From a virus (Duplodnaviria; Heunggongvirae; Uroviricota; Caudoviricetes), in the IMG/VR virus record IMGVR_UViG_3300020048_000019, positions 128,001 to 177,422 of that record: DNA of 49,422 nucleotides; one strand, given 5' to 3'. This document shows positions 19,801 to 29,221 of the stretch, in pieces. Position numbers and translations under genes: made by a program. The notes beneath the pieces are model-generated. The model searched no databases. It saw only the letters and a program-made list of their open reading frames with translations, and was not told the origin of the DNA. The first letter of the stretch is position 1. The number at the start of each line of letters is the position of its first letter.

Positions 19801-20170
19801 TGACTTGGCAGAAAAGTACACAGCTGATGCAGATTATGAACCAGGAACTGTGTTGATATTTGGTGGTGATCAAGAAGTTACCATGAGCACTGCCGACGCC
19901 CAACGTCAAGTGGTTGGTGTAGTTTCCACTGACCCTGCTTATATCATGAACTCTGAATTGTCGCACGAATATGTGTCTACCATAGCTTTGACTGGTAGGG
20001 TTCCGGTAAAAGTAATTGGACCAGTGCGCAAAGGTGACTTCATGGTAAGTGCAGCTAACGGTTATGCACAAGCCTGTGCAGATCCTAAACTGGGCACTGT
20101 GATTGGTAAAGCAATTGAGAATTTTGACGGCGACACAGGCGTTATTGAAGTTCTAATTAACAACCATTAA
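16805..20170 (+). CDS. Long fibre protein with a C-terminal intramolecular-chaperone-like (ADLAE) domain
   Basis: DAATKKYVD, GNL.I.GT.TTVNS, LQTARTING..FDG motifs; C-terminal YADLAE.Y...GVVST.P...IALTGRVPVKV...IGKA. Confidence 0.85.
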   Translation: MSNDNIRVLGDVEISKSLSYKQNLTEFPANPKPRTLIVKDGQPFLYTEVSNGSGYFSWTPIGAKQNTYLHSQGLASTTWTVTHGLNQTDFAYFVYDNDHVLVLANSTVIDANTIEIHLSEAITGTAIVFGIGHVTAPGITAVESVTINTIVLRDTGGVLTVNNNAVAFAGYVDSSIAAIEAELAALSPSVLTSGGNDIVAVTSAGATITGNLIPSANVAYSLGDATHQWKDLWLSGSTINLGGAVIKTDAATGAVAIIPQVTDAIPNPVGIVISATGSITPVATTGGAISTGAIAASTTDTAQASATVESVTALGERIDAILTNTDSTALNSLAELVAAFQAADGNLTSSISSLSSTAGSNLAAEITNRIAAVSAENDARVAGDDTLQGQIYVNATAIANEASARATAVAVAIATAASDATTKADAAQVAAVATAKIYLGAVTADIVPATDLSASLGSPTKQFHSLYVGPGTLYVNGKAVIQDNSDTMTFSTNVNQNLRLQTSGSGHLELQAATGTIDVKGTLSIESGKRIVDNAGVQVQFGDDVQMNANKVIGLGTPTANTDAATKKYVDDLTTNDSTLVRTLGVQAIAGTKTFTDDVTISGNLIISGTATTVNSETIKLADNLIDLNSNYVAGVPTENAGIRVMRGDEAASQVRWNEATDKWEVSADSSTFSVIAITADVTAATTAATTAAATDATTKSNAAQAAAIGAAATDANTKANAAQAAAIGAAATDATTKANAAQAAAATDATTKANAAQAAAIGAAETDATTKANAAQAAAISTAATDATTKANAAQAAAISAAATDATTKSATAKSEAISAAATDATTKANAAQAAAIAAVTNGAGAAFDTLKEIQDAMATDTELSAAIAAISNVPSATKLQTARTINGASFDGTTNISFSTSAVSESTNLYYTDGRARAAVSAGTAISYNNTTGVITNTGVTALTGGGGITVNASTGSVTLGSSATSANTAGAIVSRGASGEFSAGVITATATSARYADLAEKYTADADYEPGTVLIFGGDQEVTMSTADAQRQVVGVVSTDPAYIMNSELSHEYVSTIALTGRVPVKVIGPVRKGDFMVSAANGYAQACADPKLGTVIGKAIENFDGDTGVIEVLINNH
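18880..19320 (+). repeat. Near-perfect 48-60-bp coding tandem repeats (AATDATTKANAAQAAAIxA)
   Basis: About 8 units, most containing a gatgc.accacaaaagccaatgcagctcaagcagcagc-like core. Confidence 0.9.
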
Positions 20171-20204
20171 CAACAATTAAAAACTGCTGATCAAATTGGA
20201 CATG

Positions 20205-20210
20205 TAAATA
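20205..20210 (+). promoter_or_regulatory. Late promoter core TAAATA, 4 nt before the radical SAM ATG
   Basis: GTAAATA-CTGC-ATG(20215). Confidence 0.55.
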
Positions 20211-20214
20211 CTGC

Positions 20215-21357
20215 ATGTCCAATTTCTTTTGTGCTGCTCCGTGGCGTGGCCTGCATATCAATCCCCGTGGTGATGTAAAAACTTGCTGTGCTGGCAACCC
20301 CAACATGTTAGGTAACCTCAATCACTCAAGCATTGAACAAATACTCAACAGCGAACGCATGGTAGAAATACGTGCTAATCTTGCACAAGGAACTCCGCAT
20401 GACTATTGTAGTAACTGTTTGCAAGCCGAAAGGCATGGCGGCAAGAGCGAACGAGATTGGCACAACAATGTAAACCCCAACTTTGACTATACCGTAGCAG
20501 GCTCTGAGTATCACTATCCTGTGATAGTAGATGTTCGGTGGAACACCACTTGTAACCTAAGCTGTAACTATTGTGGCGAAGCTTGCAGCTCAAAATGGGC
20601 TGGCATCAAAGGTATCCCTTTTAAATCTGGTGCTCGCCCTTATTATGATCAAGTGTGCGATTTTATTGAACAGCACCATGATCACATACACGAAGTTGCA
20701 TTGGTGGGCGGGGAGCCACTATTACTTCCCGAAAACAACAGACTGTTGGATGTGATACCCAAGACTGCGATTGTTACCTTGATCACTAATTTAAGTGTAG
20801 ATCTAGAAAACAACAAGATATTTCAAAAGCTAGCACACCGCAATCGAGTTGGATGGAGCATGAGCTTCGATAATGTTGGCCAACACCTTGAATATGTTCG
20901 CCACGGCGCCAATTGGGAACAAATACGACAGAACTTGAAAACTATCAAAGGGCTAATGCAAACCCAAGGTCATTGGGGAGGCATTCATGCAGTATACAAT
21001 ATCTACAATGCTACTCGTATTTGTGAATTTAGACAATTTGCACAAGATACTGGTACCACAGTGTTATGGCAAAACTTGTTTCAACCTGACTATCTTGATC
21101 CATTCTTGCACGGGCCCGGGGTGGCACTATTAGCCGCAACAGAAATTGAAAAGTTTTATACATCTAGTATTGCTACCCCGTCGGAAAAACAGTTCTTTGA
21201 TCAAGCTCTGCAGAATTATCGCAGAGTCACTGAAGCAAAGCCCGGAGTTGAAACCTTGTTCAAACAACATATACATGATATTGAATCTCGTTACCATGTT
21301 GATCAAGCAGGAAAGTTTTCACAGTTGTGGCCTGAGCTGGAGCATTTATGCAAATAA
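20215..21357 (+). CDS. Radical SAM protein with an N-terminal SPASM/twitch-like domain
   Basis: CAAPW..G.V..CC...CSNC, then CNLSCNYC (CxxxCxxC), GGEP and TN. Confidence 0.92.
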   Translation: MSNFFCAAPWRGLHINPRGDVKTCCAGNPNMLGNLNHSSIEQILNSERMVEIRANLAQGTPHDYCSNCLQAERHGGKSERDWHNNVNPNFDYTVAGSEYHYPVIVDVRWNTTCNLSCNYCGEACSSKWAGIKGIPFKSGARPYYDQVCDFIEQHHDHIHEVALVGGEPLLLPENNRLLDVIPKTAIVTLITNLSVDLENNKIFQKLAHRNRVGWSMSFDNVGQHLEYVRHGANWEQIRQNLKTIKGLMQTQGHWGGIHAVYNIYNATRICEFRQFAQDTGTTVLWQNLFQPDYLDPFLHGPGVALLAATEIEKFYTSSIATPSEKQFFDQALQNYRRVTEAKPGVETLFKQHIHDIESRYHVDQAGKFSQLWPELEHLCK

Positions 21358-21893
21358 CAGCAGTAGATTCTGACAACAACTTGTTTAGAGTAGAACAAGT
21401 ATTCAGCAGCGATCTAGTAGATAAAATACTAGCAACTGAATGGTCTCAACTTCCGTGGCGGCGCCAGGAAGGGCAAGAGCAATGGAAACGCCGACGTGTA
21501 GATGATAATTCCATTCCGTGGATTGAACAATGGCATCATGAAATGTGCCAACAGTGGCCCGGCATTGAAACAGCCTTGGGAATTGCGATTCGTCCCTATA
21601 GTGGTACAGCATTTTGGATTGATGAACCGGGATTTGAATGTAGTATGCATACTGACGGGGAGATGCCTGGCAGCTTGCACCTAACTTGGGCTGGACCCGG
21701 CACAAGTTTTTATTGGTATAAAGATACCACAAGTCTTCGATATCAAGTCCCTTCACAACCCAACAACGGATACATCATGATAAATCAATCCGATGCTACT
21801 GGTTACCGACCATTGCTATGGCATGCCATGCTAGATACAGTGCCGGCAAACTCTTTAAGATTAACTTCATATACATGGATAACTCCTCGATAA
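21348..21893 (+). CDS. 2OG-Fe(II) oxygenase-like protein
   Basis: HTD...WHAM...R pattern (HxD...H...R). Confidence 0.7.
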   Translation: MQITAVDSDNNLFRVEQVFSSDLVDKILATEWSQLPWRRQEGQEQWKRRRVDDNSIPWIEQWHHEMCQQWPGIETALGIAIRPYSGTAFWIDEPGFECSMHTDGEMPGSLHLTWAGPGTSFYWYKDTTSLRYQVPSQPNNGYIMINQSDATGYRPLLWHAMLDTVPANSLRLTSYTWITPR

Positions 21894-23026
21894 CTTCTAG
21901 TCCTACATTTTGTGTAGCTCCTTGGACCATGGTCAACATTGATCAAACAGGTCGTGTAATGCCATGCATGCATTCAGGATACGAGTTGGGCAACATCAAA
22001 CAAACAACTATTCAACAAGTATTGCGTGGCTCTCCAATTATGGAATTAAAAACTGCAATGGCCGCCGGAGAATGGCATTCAAGTTGCAGTTGGTGCAAAC
22101 AACTTGAAGAAACCACAGGAGCTAGTGGGCGCACTGTGCGCCAAGTAACACTTGAAACCATGTCCAAGATAAATGCAGATATCAACTGGTTTGGACTAGA
22201 ACATATAGTAGTGAACTGGAGCAATCTTTGTAATCTTACCTGCGTATATTGCAACGCAGAAACCAGTACCGCTTGGCAAAGTCTTAAAGGCATACCAATT
22301 AATCATGTCAAAAACGATCATGCCGACTTGATTGAACTAGCACGTGAGCATGGCCATTCTGTGCGCGGCCTTAGCCTAGGTGGCGGCGAACCCTTGTTAC
22401 AAAAAGGTTTGTTGGAATTTTTAAAATGCTTGCAGCCCGATCAGGTACGAGTAATGGTAACAACCAATCTTAGTATGGATCTAGAAAAAAATTCAATATA
22501 TCAAGAATTAAAAACTTGGCCTAGTGTGGATTGGATGATCAGTTTTGACAACACTGATACAGCAAAGTTTGAATATGTGAGGGAGCCTGCTTCTTGGACA
22601 GTGTTTTTAAAAAACATACAAATCATGAAACAAGATTCTCAGCATATCATGGCTCACCCTGCTTACAGCATATATAATGCGTTGGATCTAATGAGCTATT
22701 ATGAATTTTGTGAACAACAGCAACTTGATCTTTACTGGTGCGAACTTACTAATCCTTGGGATTTGGATGTACGGCGTATGAATAAAACCTTGCGTGACCT
22801 AGCAATACAAGAAATTGAAAAAGTAACACAACACTACGGGCACACTCGGAATATGGCTGTAAATACACTGCAAGGTTACAAGAACACCTTGATTGACAAC
22901 AATTATCTAGTTAGTTGCGACCATCCCATAGATCCGCTGGCCTGGCACCGTGACCTTGAATCAAAATACAAAAAAACAAATCAGTTTGAACAACTATGGC
23001 CTAACCTGGTCCAACACTTGAGATAA
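21875..23026 (+). CDS. Radical SAM protein with an N-terminal SPASM/twitch-like domain
   Basis: CVAPW...PC...CSWC; CNLTCVYC; GGEP; likely start is ATG 21875. Confidence 0.92.
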   Translation: MDNSSITSSPTFCVAPWTMVNIDQTGRVMPCMHSGYELGNIKQTTIQQVLRGSPIMELKTAMAAGEWHSSCSWCKQLEETTGASGRTVRQVTLETMSKINADINWFGLEHIVVNWSNLCNLTCVYCNAETSTAWQSLKGIPINHVKNDHADLIELAREHGHSVRGLSLGGGEPLLQKGLLEFLKCLQPDQVRVMVTTNLSMDLEKNSIYQELKTWPSVDWMISFDNTDTAKFEYVREPASWTVFLKNIQIMKQDSQHIMAHPAYSIYNALDLMSYYEFCEQQQLDLYWCELTNPWDLDVRRMNKTLRDLAIQEIEKVTQHYGHTRNMAVNTLQGYKNTLIDNNYLVSCDHPIDPLAWHRDLESKYKKTNQFEQLWPNLVQHLR

Positions 23027-23028
23027 AC

Positions 23029-23790
23029 ATGGCAATACAAGACGCACCGTGGCACTTTGGCAGACGTTATGCAAATTCAATAAACGAATGGATGCCAACG
23101 GACACCGAGGACCGTTATCTTGAATTGTTACAAGATCCCGAACATCGTGAGTATTTTGCAGCGCTAGGCTGGGACCAGCCCGGTGCCATTACTTACAAGA
23201 TCAACCGGCACGGTTTCAGGTGCAACGAGTTTGATGGGTCACCTAGCATAATGACTCTGGGTTGTAGTTTTACCACAGGCATTGGGCTACCCATTGATGT
23301 TATTTGGCCCGAACGCCTGGGCAAGGAATTTGGATTACAAGTCGCTAATATTAGCTGGGGAGGTATCAGCTCAGATACTTGCTTTAGACTTGCAGAATAC
23401 TGGTTGCCACAAATAAAACCAAAAATAGTTGCTATGTTATCGCCGCCGGCGACTCGATTTGAACTTCTACTAGAGTCGGATAAAAATGACAGCAAAGCAG
23501 AAGTGTTTATGCCGCGGACCAACAGTTCAATCATGGGATCAGATAACCTGTTTCTCAAACACTGGTATCTTAATGATGACAATAGCAGGCTTAATCATTT
23601 ACGAAATTGTTTGGCTATACAACAATTATGCCACCAACATAACATTCCCTTCTTGATTGAACATGCTGATGAACACTGCTGCACCAGCCGAGAAGAAGTG
23701 GGTTATGCAAGAGACTACATGCATGGCGGCCCAGAGCTACATAAAAGAATAGCGGAGAAAATGATTAATGACTATCAAGCCCGGACTTGA
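23029..23790 (+). CDS. SGNH/GDSL-like protein
   Basis: GCSFT.G.G...WP..L, N.SWGG.S and a C-terminal D..H.G...H. Confidence 0.6.
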   Translation: MAIQDAPWHFGRRYANSINEWMPTDTEDRYLELLQDPEHREYFAALGWDQPGAITYKINRHGFRCNEFDGSPSIMTLGCSFTTGIGLPIDVIWPERLGKEFGLQVANISWGGISSDTCFRLAEYWLPQIKPKIVAMLSPPATRFELLLESDKNDSKAEVFMPRTNSSIMGSDNLFLKHWYLNDDNSRLNHLRNCLAIQQLCHQHNIPFLIEHADEHCCTSREEVGYARDYMHGGPELHKRIAEKMINDYQART

Positions 23791-25354
23791 CACTATACTG
23801 GTCAAAGCGCCGCATCGGCGTGAGACGTACTCGGACACAGAACTAGAAGAATTTGCAAAATGTGCAGATCCCATCACGGGGCCCATGTATTTCCTGGAAC
23901 ATTTCTTTTACATTCAACACCCCACACGCGGCAAGATGTTGTATCAACCGTTTGAATATCAAAAGAGACTGATCAACAACTATCACAACAATCGTTTCAG
24001 TATATCTCTGATGCCTCGACAGACTGGTAAGTCAACCAGTGCAGCTGGTTATCTGTTGTGGTATGCAATGTTTGTGCCTGACGCTACTATTCTAGTGGCT
24101 GCACACAAGTATCTAGGCGCTCAGGAAATTATGCAGCGTATTCGTTACGCATATGAACTGTGTCCTAATCATATCAGGGCAGGTGCTACCAGCTACAACA
24201 AAGGCTCACTAGAGTTTGACAACGGATCACGCATTGTATCGCAGACCACTACTGAAAACACTGGTCGTGGTATGAGTATTACCTTGCTATATCTGGACGA
24301 ATTTGCGTTCGTTAGGCCTACAATTGCCAAGGAGTTTTGGACTAGTATTACACCTACACTCAGCACAGGTGGTAAAGCTATTATCACTAGCACTCCCAAC
24401 TCAGACGAAGATCAGTTTGCACTGATCTGGAAAGGCGCCAACAAAGTCGAAGACGAGTACGGCAACCCGCGTCCAAACGGACTAGGTATCAATGGCTTTA
24501 AAGCGTTTCGAGCATACTGGCGAGAGCATCCAGATCGTGACGACGCCTGGGCAGATGAACAACGAGCACAGCTAGGCGAAGAACGTTTTCGACGAGAAAT
24601 GGACTGTGACTTTGTTATCAACGATGAGACCTTGATATCTCCTATCAAGTTGTTGGAGATAGAAGGAGTTGAGCCCACACACAAGATTGGCCAAGTACGT
24701 TGGTACAAACCTATACACCGGGACAAGATGTACATTGTTGCTCTTGACCCAAGCCTAGGTACTGGCGGCGATCCATCGGCTATTCAAGTTTTTGAAGCCG
24801 ATACCACAGAGCAAGTGGCGGAATGGCGCCACAACAAAACAGATATACCTACTCAAATTCGTATTCTAGTGGACATTGTTAAAGAGCTCAATGCGGTGGT
24901 CAAGGACGCAAATCGCATCTACTACTCAGTAGAAAACAACACTCTAGGCGAAGCTGCTCTAATCAGCATTGCTGAATTTGGCGAAGAAAATATCCCAGGT
25001 TACTTTTTGAGCGACAACAGCGTGCAGGGCACTACAGGACGCAAGTTCCGCAAAGGCTTTACCACCACAAACAAAAGCAAACTGAGTGCATGCAGCAAGT
25101 TGAAGATTCTAGTAGAATCGGGACGCATGAAGTTGTATTCCAAGCCCTTGATATCTGAACTCAAGAACTTTGTAGCAATTGGTTCTAGCTATGCCGCCAA
25201 ACCTGGTGAAACTGACGATCTTGTGATGAGTTCACTACTGGCTGTGCGAATGCTCATGCTGCTACAAGTATACCATAGTGAGCTAGATACGCACATCAAG
25301 GACCACTCAGACAACTACATCGAACCCATGCCCTTTATCAGTATAATGCGCTAA
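23768..25354 (+). CDS. gp17: Terminase large subunit (T4 gp17-like)
   Basis: PRQTGKS Walker A, LYLDEFAF Walker B, ITSTPN, nuclease DPS.G.GGD and DDLVM. Confidence 0.96.
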   Translation: MTIKPGLDTILVKAPHRRETYSDTELEEFAKCADPITGPMYFLEHFFYIQHPTRGKMLYQPFEYQKRLINNYHNNRFSISLMPRQTGKSTSAAGYLLWYAMFVPDATILVAAHKYLGAQEIMQRIRYAYELCPNHIRAGATSYNKGSLEFDNGSRIVSQTTTENTGRGMSITLLYLDEFAFVRPTIAKEFWTSITPTLSTGGKAIITSTPNSDEDQFALIWKGANKVEDEYGNPRPNGLGINGFKAFRAYWREHPDRDDAWADEQRAQLGEERFRREMDCDFVINDETLISPIKLLEIEGVEPTHKIGQVRWYKPIHRDKMYIVALDPSLGTGGDPSAIQVFEADTTEQVAEWRHNKTDIPTQIRILVDIVKELNAVVKDANRIYYSVENNTLGEAALISIAEFGEENIPGYFLSDNSVQGTTGRKFRKGFTTTNKSKLSACSKLKILVESGRMKLYSKPLISELKNFVAIGSSYAAKPGETDDLVMSSLLAVRMLMLLQVYHSELDTHIKDHSDNYIEPMPFISIMR

Positions 25355-25364
25355 ATATAACACC

Positions 25365-27086
25365 ATGGCTACACAAAACAACATTGAACAACAACTAATG
25401 GATCTCTTGGTCACCAAGAATTTCCAGCCCGAAATGAAGGACAAAAATGGACAGGATGCTCGCGACACTGCCGATGCCAAACTGCTTACTTTTGACTACG
25501 TTGGGGCCTCAGGCAAAAACTACGGCACCATGGTGATTGTGCTGGACCAGGACAATGACATGAAGATCATGTACGGTGATAATCTGGGTCGCACCATGGT
25601 GGGCGATGACAAAGACGAGTTCTTTGATTTCATTGTGCAGGTCAATCAAATTGCCAGTCGTAATCGTTGGACACACACCGTTACTGATCTCAGCAAACTC
25701 AAGTATGTGCAACAGGGTCTAGCAGCTATACAAGAAGGCTTGTTTGAAGGCTATTATGGCACACGCAAGATCAGTTACACTGGTGAACCCACAGAAGCGC
25801 GTCTCATGATCAAGCACAATCATGTGCTAGGCGAGAATGACAAGCGATATCGCTATGTAGAAAGCCTTTATATCGAAACTGTGGACAGTGAGCGTTTCAA
25901 ACTGGGTTTCAAGAACCTAGCAGGTGGCCGAGCCATGTTAGAACATGTGATTCAGGGCGGCAAACCTTACGATATTCGTGGCAATCATATCACCGAAATG
26001 GTGGGCGAGATTGCTGTGTTAAGCCGTTTCAATAGAGCCAGCCAAGGGCGTGTGATGGAAGGTGTCACTGCAGAACTGATCACCGAAGCACAACACTACT
26101 ACAAGAGCCTGCGAGAAGACATCAAGCGCATGAGCAACAGTCGTGGTTATGCAAAATATTTTGAATCCTGGCATCCTGCTGTGATTGCTGAACAAGAAGG
26201 CCTAGTTGAAGATATCAAAACAATGTTTATTGAGCAAACACTGGACGCCCGCATTGAAGCAGCGCTGCCTGTACTGGCACGATTACAACAAGGAAAAGTC
26301 ATGAAAGAAGCTGATATTTTTGAACACTGGGCCAACCACGTGGTCGAAGGCACCTGGGCCATGCCCGAAACACCTGAATCCAGGGACAAACTGGATACCT
26401 TGTTGATGTCTGAATTGCTAGTAGGCCCAGATGCAGCTAATGCCAAAGAGCAGTTGTATGATGTACTAGGCGATGACGAACTATTTGACAGACTAGATGA
26501 ATTGGCTCGTGAAGATGCTGACGCCGATGCACGCCCTATTATTATTGCACGCATGGAAGAAATGGGCATGAAGGTTCCTGACATTACAGGTTCCCAAGCA
26601 GCACAAGCAGCAGCGCCAGCGCCAGATGCTATGGCACCAGTGGCTGAAGGTGACAATCTGGCCACCTTTGAATCAGCCAGTTGCAACATGACTACAGAAG
26701 GTGATTACTGCCCAGAACACGGACTCATGGAATGTGGCATGCACGAAGGTGCGTTTCACAATCCTGAACAGACAGACAGTCCAGCAGCTCAAGCTATCAC
26801 TCGCAGAATCTTGCTGCAACGTACCGATCTGTTGAGCAAATACGGTCCAGAAAAAGTGGGACAGGCCATTGACGAAGTTGCTGACTTTGTGGGCGATGTG
26901 GAAGAAATTGGATCTAGTGACGTTTCGGGTTGGGTACGTCATGTGGAACAGATCTTGGGCAACATGGAGCAAGGTATGGCGGAAGCTGATGATCCGATCA
27001 ACTACAACGCAGCCATAACCGGCAGCTACTACGAATCCAAAACAGATCCTTTGGTAAGAATGAAATCGCTGGCCCTGCGCAAGTGA
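25365..27086 (+). CDS. Hypothetical protein, possibly a protease-processed head component
   Basis: 573 aa; TAAATA 7 nt upstream; recurrent hydrophobic-x-E(G/A/S) motifs. Confidence 0.6.
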   Translation: MATQNNIEQQLMDLLVTKNFQPEMKDKNGQDARDTADAKLLTFDYVGASGKNYGTMVIVLDQDNDMKIMYGDNLGRTMVGDDKDEFFDFIVQVNQIASRNRWTHTVTDLSKLKYVQQGLAAIQEGLFEGYYGTRKISYTGEPTEARLMIKHNHVLGENDKRYRYVESLYIETVDSERFKLGFKNLAGGRAMLEHVIQGGKPYDIRGNHITEMVGEIAVLSRFNRASQGRVMEGVTAELITEAQHYYKSLREDIKRMSNSRGYAKYFESWHPAVIAEQEGLVEDIKTMFIEQTLDARIEAALPVLARLQQGKVMKEADIFEHWANHVVEGTWAMPETPESRDKLDTLLMSELLVGPDAANAKEQLYDVLGDDELFDRLDELAREDADADARPIIIARMEEMGMKVPDITGSQAAQAAAPAPDAMAPVAEGDNLATFESASCNMTTEGDYCPEHGLMECGMHEGAFHNPEQTDSPAAQAITRRILLQRTDLLSKYGPEKVGQAIDEVADFVGDVEEIGSSDVSGWVRHVEQILGNMEQGMAEADDPINYNAAITGSYYESKTDPLVRMKSLALRK

Positions 27087-27270
27087 TATAAATAAACACA
27101 TAGAAGAAGGGCGTGTAGTGGCATGCCCTTCCGTAATCAACTAGTTAGGCAAAGTTCTTTACCGTAAAGGTAGGAAACACAGACAAGCTGTGTTAAAATA
27201 ACTTGTAGGCAGCATTTAAGCAAGACTTAAATTTTTTAATCATATTAACGCACATGAAAGGCAACACAAT
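27087..27270 (+). promoter_or_regulatory. TATAAATA late promoter and structured gene 32 leader
   Basis: TATAAATA 27087-94; hairpins at 27106-31, 27176-94 and 27214-32. Confidence 0.65.
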
Positions 27271-28260
27271 ATGGCATCCTTAGCAGAAATCCGTGCCCGG
27301 TTACAGGCAGCAGACAGCAAAAGTTCCAACAACACAGGCGGTGGCGACAGGTCAATTTATCCGCATTGGAACATGGAAGAAGGACAAAGCGCATCGCTTC
27401 GTTTCTTACCTGATGGAAACTCCAAGAACACTTTTTTCTGGATCGAACGAGCAATGATCCGATTGCCTTTCAACGGCGTCAAAGGTGAGATGGATTCTAA
27501 ACAAGTCATGGTCCAAGTACCATGCGTTGAGATGTGGCAGGAAACTTGCCCAATCTTGACAGAAGTTCGCACATGGTTCAAGGACAAGAGTCTTGAAGAC
27601 ATGGGCCGTAAGTACTGGAAAAAGCGCAGCTACATCTTCCAGGGCTTTGTGCGTGAGAACCCAATCGGTGACGACAAGACCCCGGACAATCCAATCCGCA
27701 AGTTCATTATTGGGCCACAGTTGTTTACCTTGATCAAAGGTGCGTTGATGGATCCTGAGCTGGAAGAGTTGCCAACAGACATGATGCGTGGCCTGGACTT
27801 CCGTATTGCCAAGACCAGCAAAGGTGGCTACGCAGACTACAACACCAGCAAGTGGGCACGTAAAGAGTCCGCATTGACCGAAGCCGAACAAGCATCGGTA
27901 GATGCACATGGTTTGTTTGACCTAAGCACGTTCTTGCCCAAGAAGCCAACTGATGTTGAGCTCAAAGTGATCAAAGAAATGTTTGAAGCAAGTGTTGATG
28001 GTCAGCCATATGATACAGAGCGTTGGGGTCAGTACTTCCGACCAGCTGGTGTTAACGCACCAGCAGGCAGTAGCACAGACGAAAGCGCAGTACCTGCCCC
28101 GGCAGCTCGTCCAATACCAGTGGCTGCACCAGTTGCAGAAGCTGCACCTTGGGAAGAAGACGCCGCAGAAGCTGCTGCTGCACCTGTACAAGCAGTTGCC
28201 AAGCCAGCACAAAAAGCCGAAGACATCCTTGCGATGATCCGTTCGCGCCAGCAAAAGTAA
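27271..28260 (+). CDS. gp32: Single-stranded DNA-binding protein (T4 gp32-like)
   Basis: LRFLP, C....CP, KRSY, G.DF...K..KGG..DY..SKW motifs and a flexible A/P/E tail; lies upstream of uvsX. Confidence 0.9.
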   Translation: MASLAEIRARLQAADSKSSNNTGGGDRSIYPHWNMEEGQSASLRFLPDGNSKNTFFWIERAMIRLPFNGVKGEMDSKQVMVQVPCVEMWQETCPILTEVRTWFKDKSLEDMGRKYWKKRSYIFQGFVRENPIGDDKTPDNPIRKFIIGPQLFTLIKGALMDPELEELPTDMMRGLDFRIAKTSKGGYADYNTSKWARKESALTEAEQASVDAHGLFDLSTFLPKKPTDVELKVIKEMFEASVDGQPYDTERWGQYFRPAGVNAPAGSSTDESAVPAPAARPIPVAAPVAEAAPWEEDAAEAAAAPVQAVAKPAQKAEDILAMIRSRQQK

Positions 28261-28267
28261 ACTGAGC

Positions 28268-28291
28268 TGACACAGGGGAAACCCTGTGTCA
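28268..28291 (+). other. Perfect 10-bp GNRA hairpin after gene 32
   Basis: TGACACAGGG-GAAA-CCCTGTGTCA; no U-tract. Confidence 0.75.
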
Positions 28292-28302
28292 AATTACATA
28301 AC

Positions 28303-29211
28303 ATGAAATTTTCTCTTGTATTTGATAATTCGGGAGATGTGCTGCCTTTTGATGTAGTACATAATCACGAACTGTTTGAGTTTTTTGTCCGCAAAGCAAA
28401 CGAGGCTGAGCAAAATTCTTTTTCAAATCATCAATGTTTGTTTAAACAGATTGATCCAAAGTTAACTCATCTGCATTGGTCGTTGTCAAAAACAAACGAA
28501 GTACTGTATGATTTGATCAGGAAATCTTTTCAGCAGAAAGAAGTTTTGACTGACTATTTTGATCAGAACTTTTTAAACAAAACACATTGTGAATGGGTTC
28601 ATTCTCAACGTTGTGATGTCGACATTGATATTCTAAGACATAGTGCAGTTACAAGTCAGGCAAAAATTGGAAACATTCTGCATGACATGTATCCAGACGA
28701 AATTAGGCAAGTAAAAATCGCACCAGTGATGGAAAAACTAGGGTACTTGTATCCTTACGAAGAAGTCAACATGGCTGTTCACAGACTTGAGTCAGTGTTC
28801 AACAAGTCAACGTTGGAATTCAAGGCAGATCAAAAATGGAATGTGTTTGACAATCCATTTACGAAAACCATGGTATCCAACAACGACATTGTGAATTTTT
28901 CTTTTGGGTATACGTATGTAGGCCGACAGTATTATGACAAGTTTTCTAACTTTGATACTGGGTTGCAGTACGACGACCACTACAACTACGAAAGCCTAGA
29001 GCTTGCGTTTCAGTTGAATCTAGCAAGACCGCAGACTGTGCCGTACAGCAGTGAGTTTGTTAAATGGGCAAGTGAGCACAATGTTAAACCAATAACAACA
29101 CAATTGCCAATTGCTAACCTAGCAAACATTGACAGTAATTTGTTTGAATATCGAAAAATACTGTATAGAAATTCTCGAGACAACAATCGAGCAAGAATAG
29201 TTTTACATTAA
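28303..29211 (+). CDS. Hypothetical protein (NxxVHRxE family, paralogue of 43246)
   Basis: 302 aa; LNKTH...VNMAVHRLE...YTYVGR. Confidence 0.7.
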   Translation: MKFSLVFDNSGDVLPFDVVHNHELFEFFVRKANEAEQNSFSNHQCLFKQIDPKLTHLHWSLSKTNEVLYDLIRKSFQQKEVLTDYFDQNFLNKTHCEWVHSQRCDVDIDILRHSAVTSQAKIGNILHDMYPDEIRQVKIAPVMEKLGYLYPYEEVNMAVHRLESVFNKSTLEFKADQKWNVFDNPFTKTMVSNNDIVNFSFGYTYVGRQYYDKFSNFDTGLQYDDHYNYESLELAFQLNLARPQTVPYSSEFVKWASEHNVKPITTQLPIANLANIDSNLFEYRKILYRNSRDNNRARIVLH

Positions 29212-29221
29212 GGAACACATC

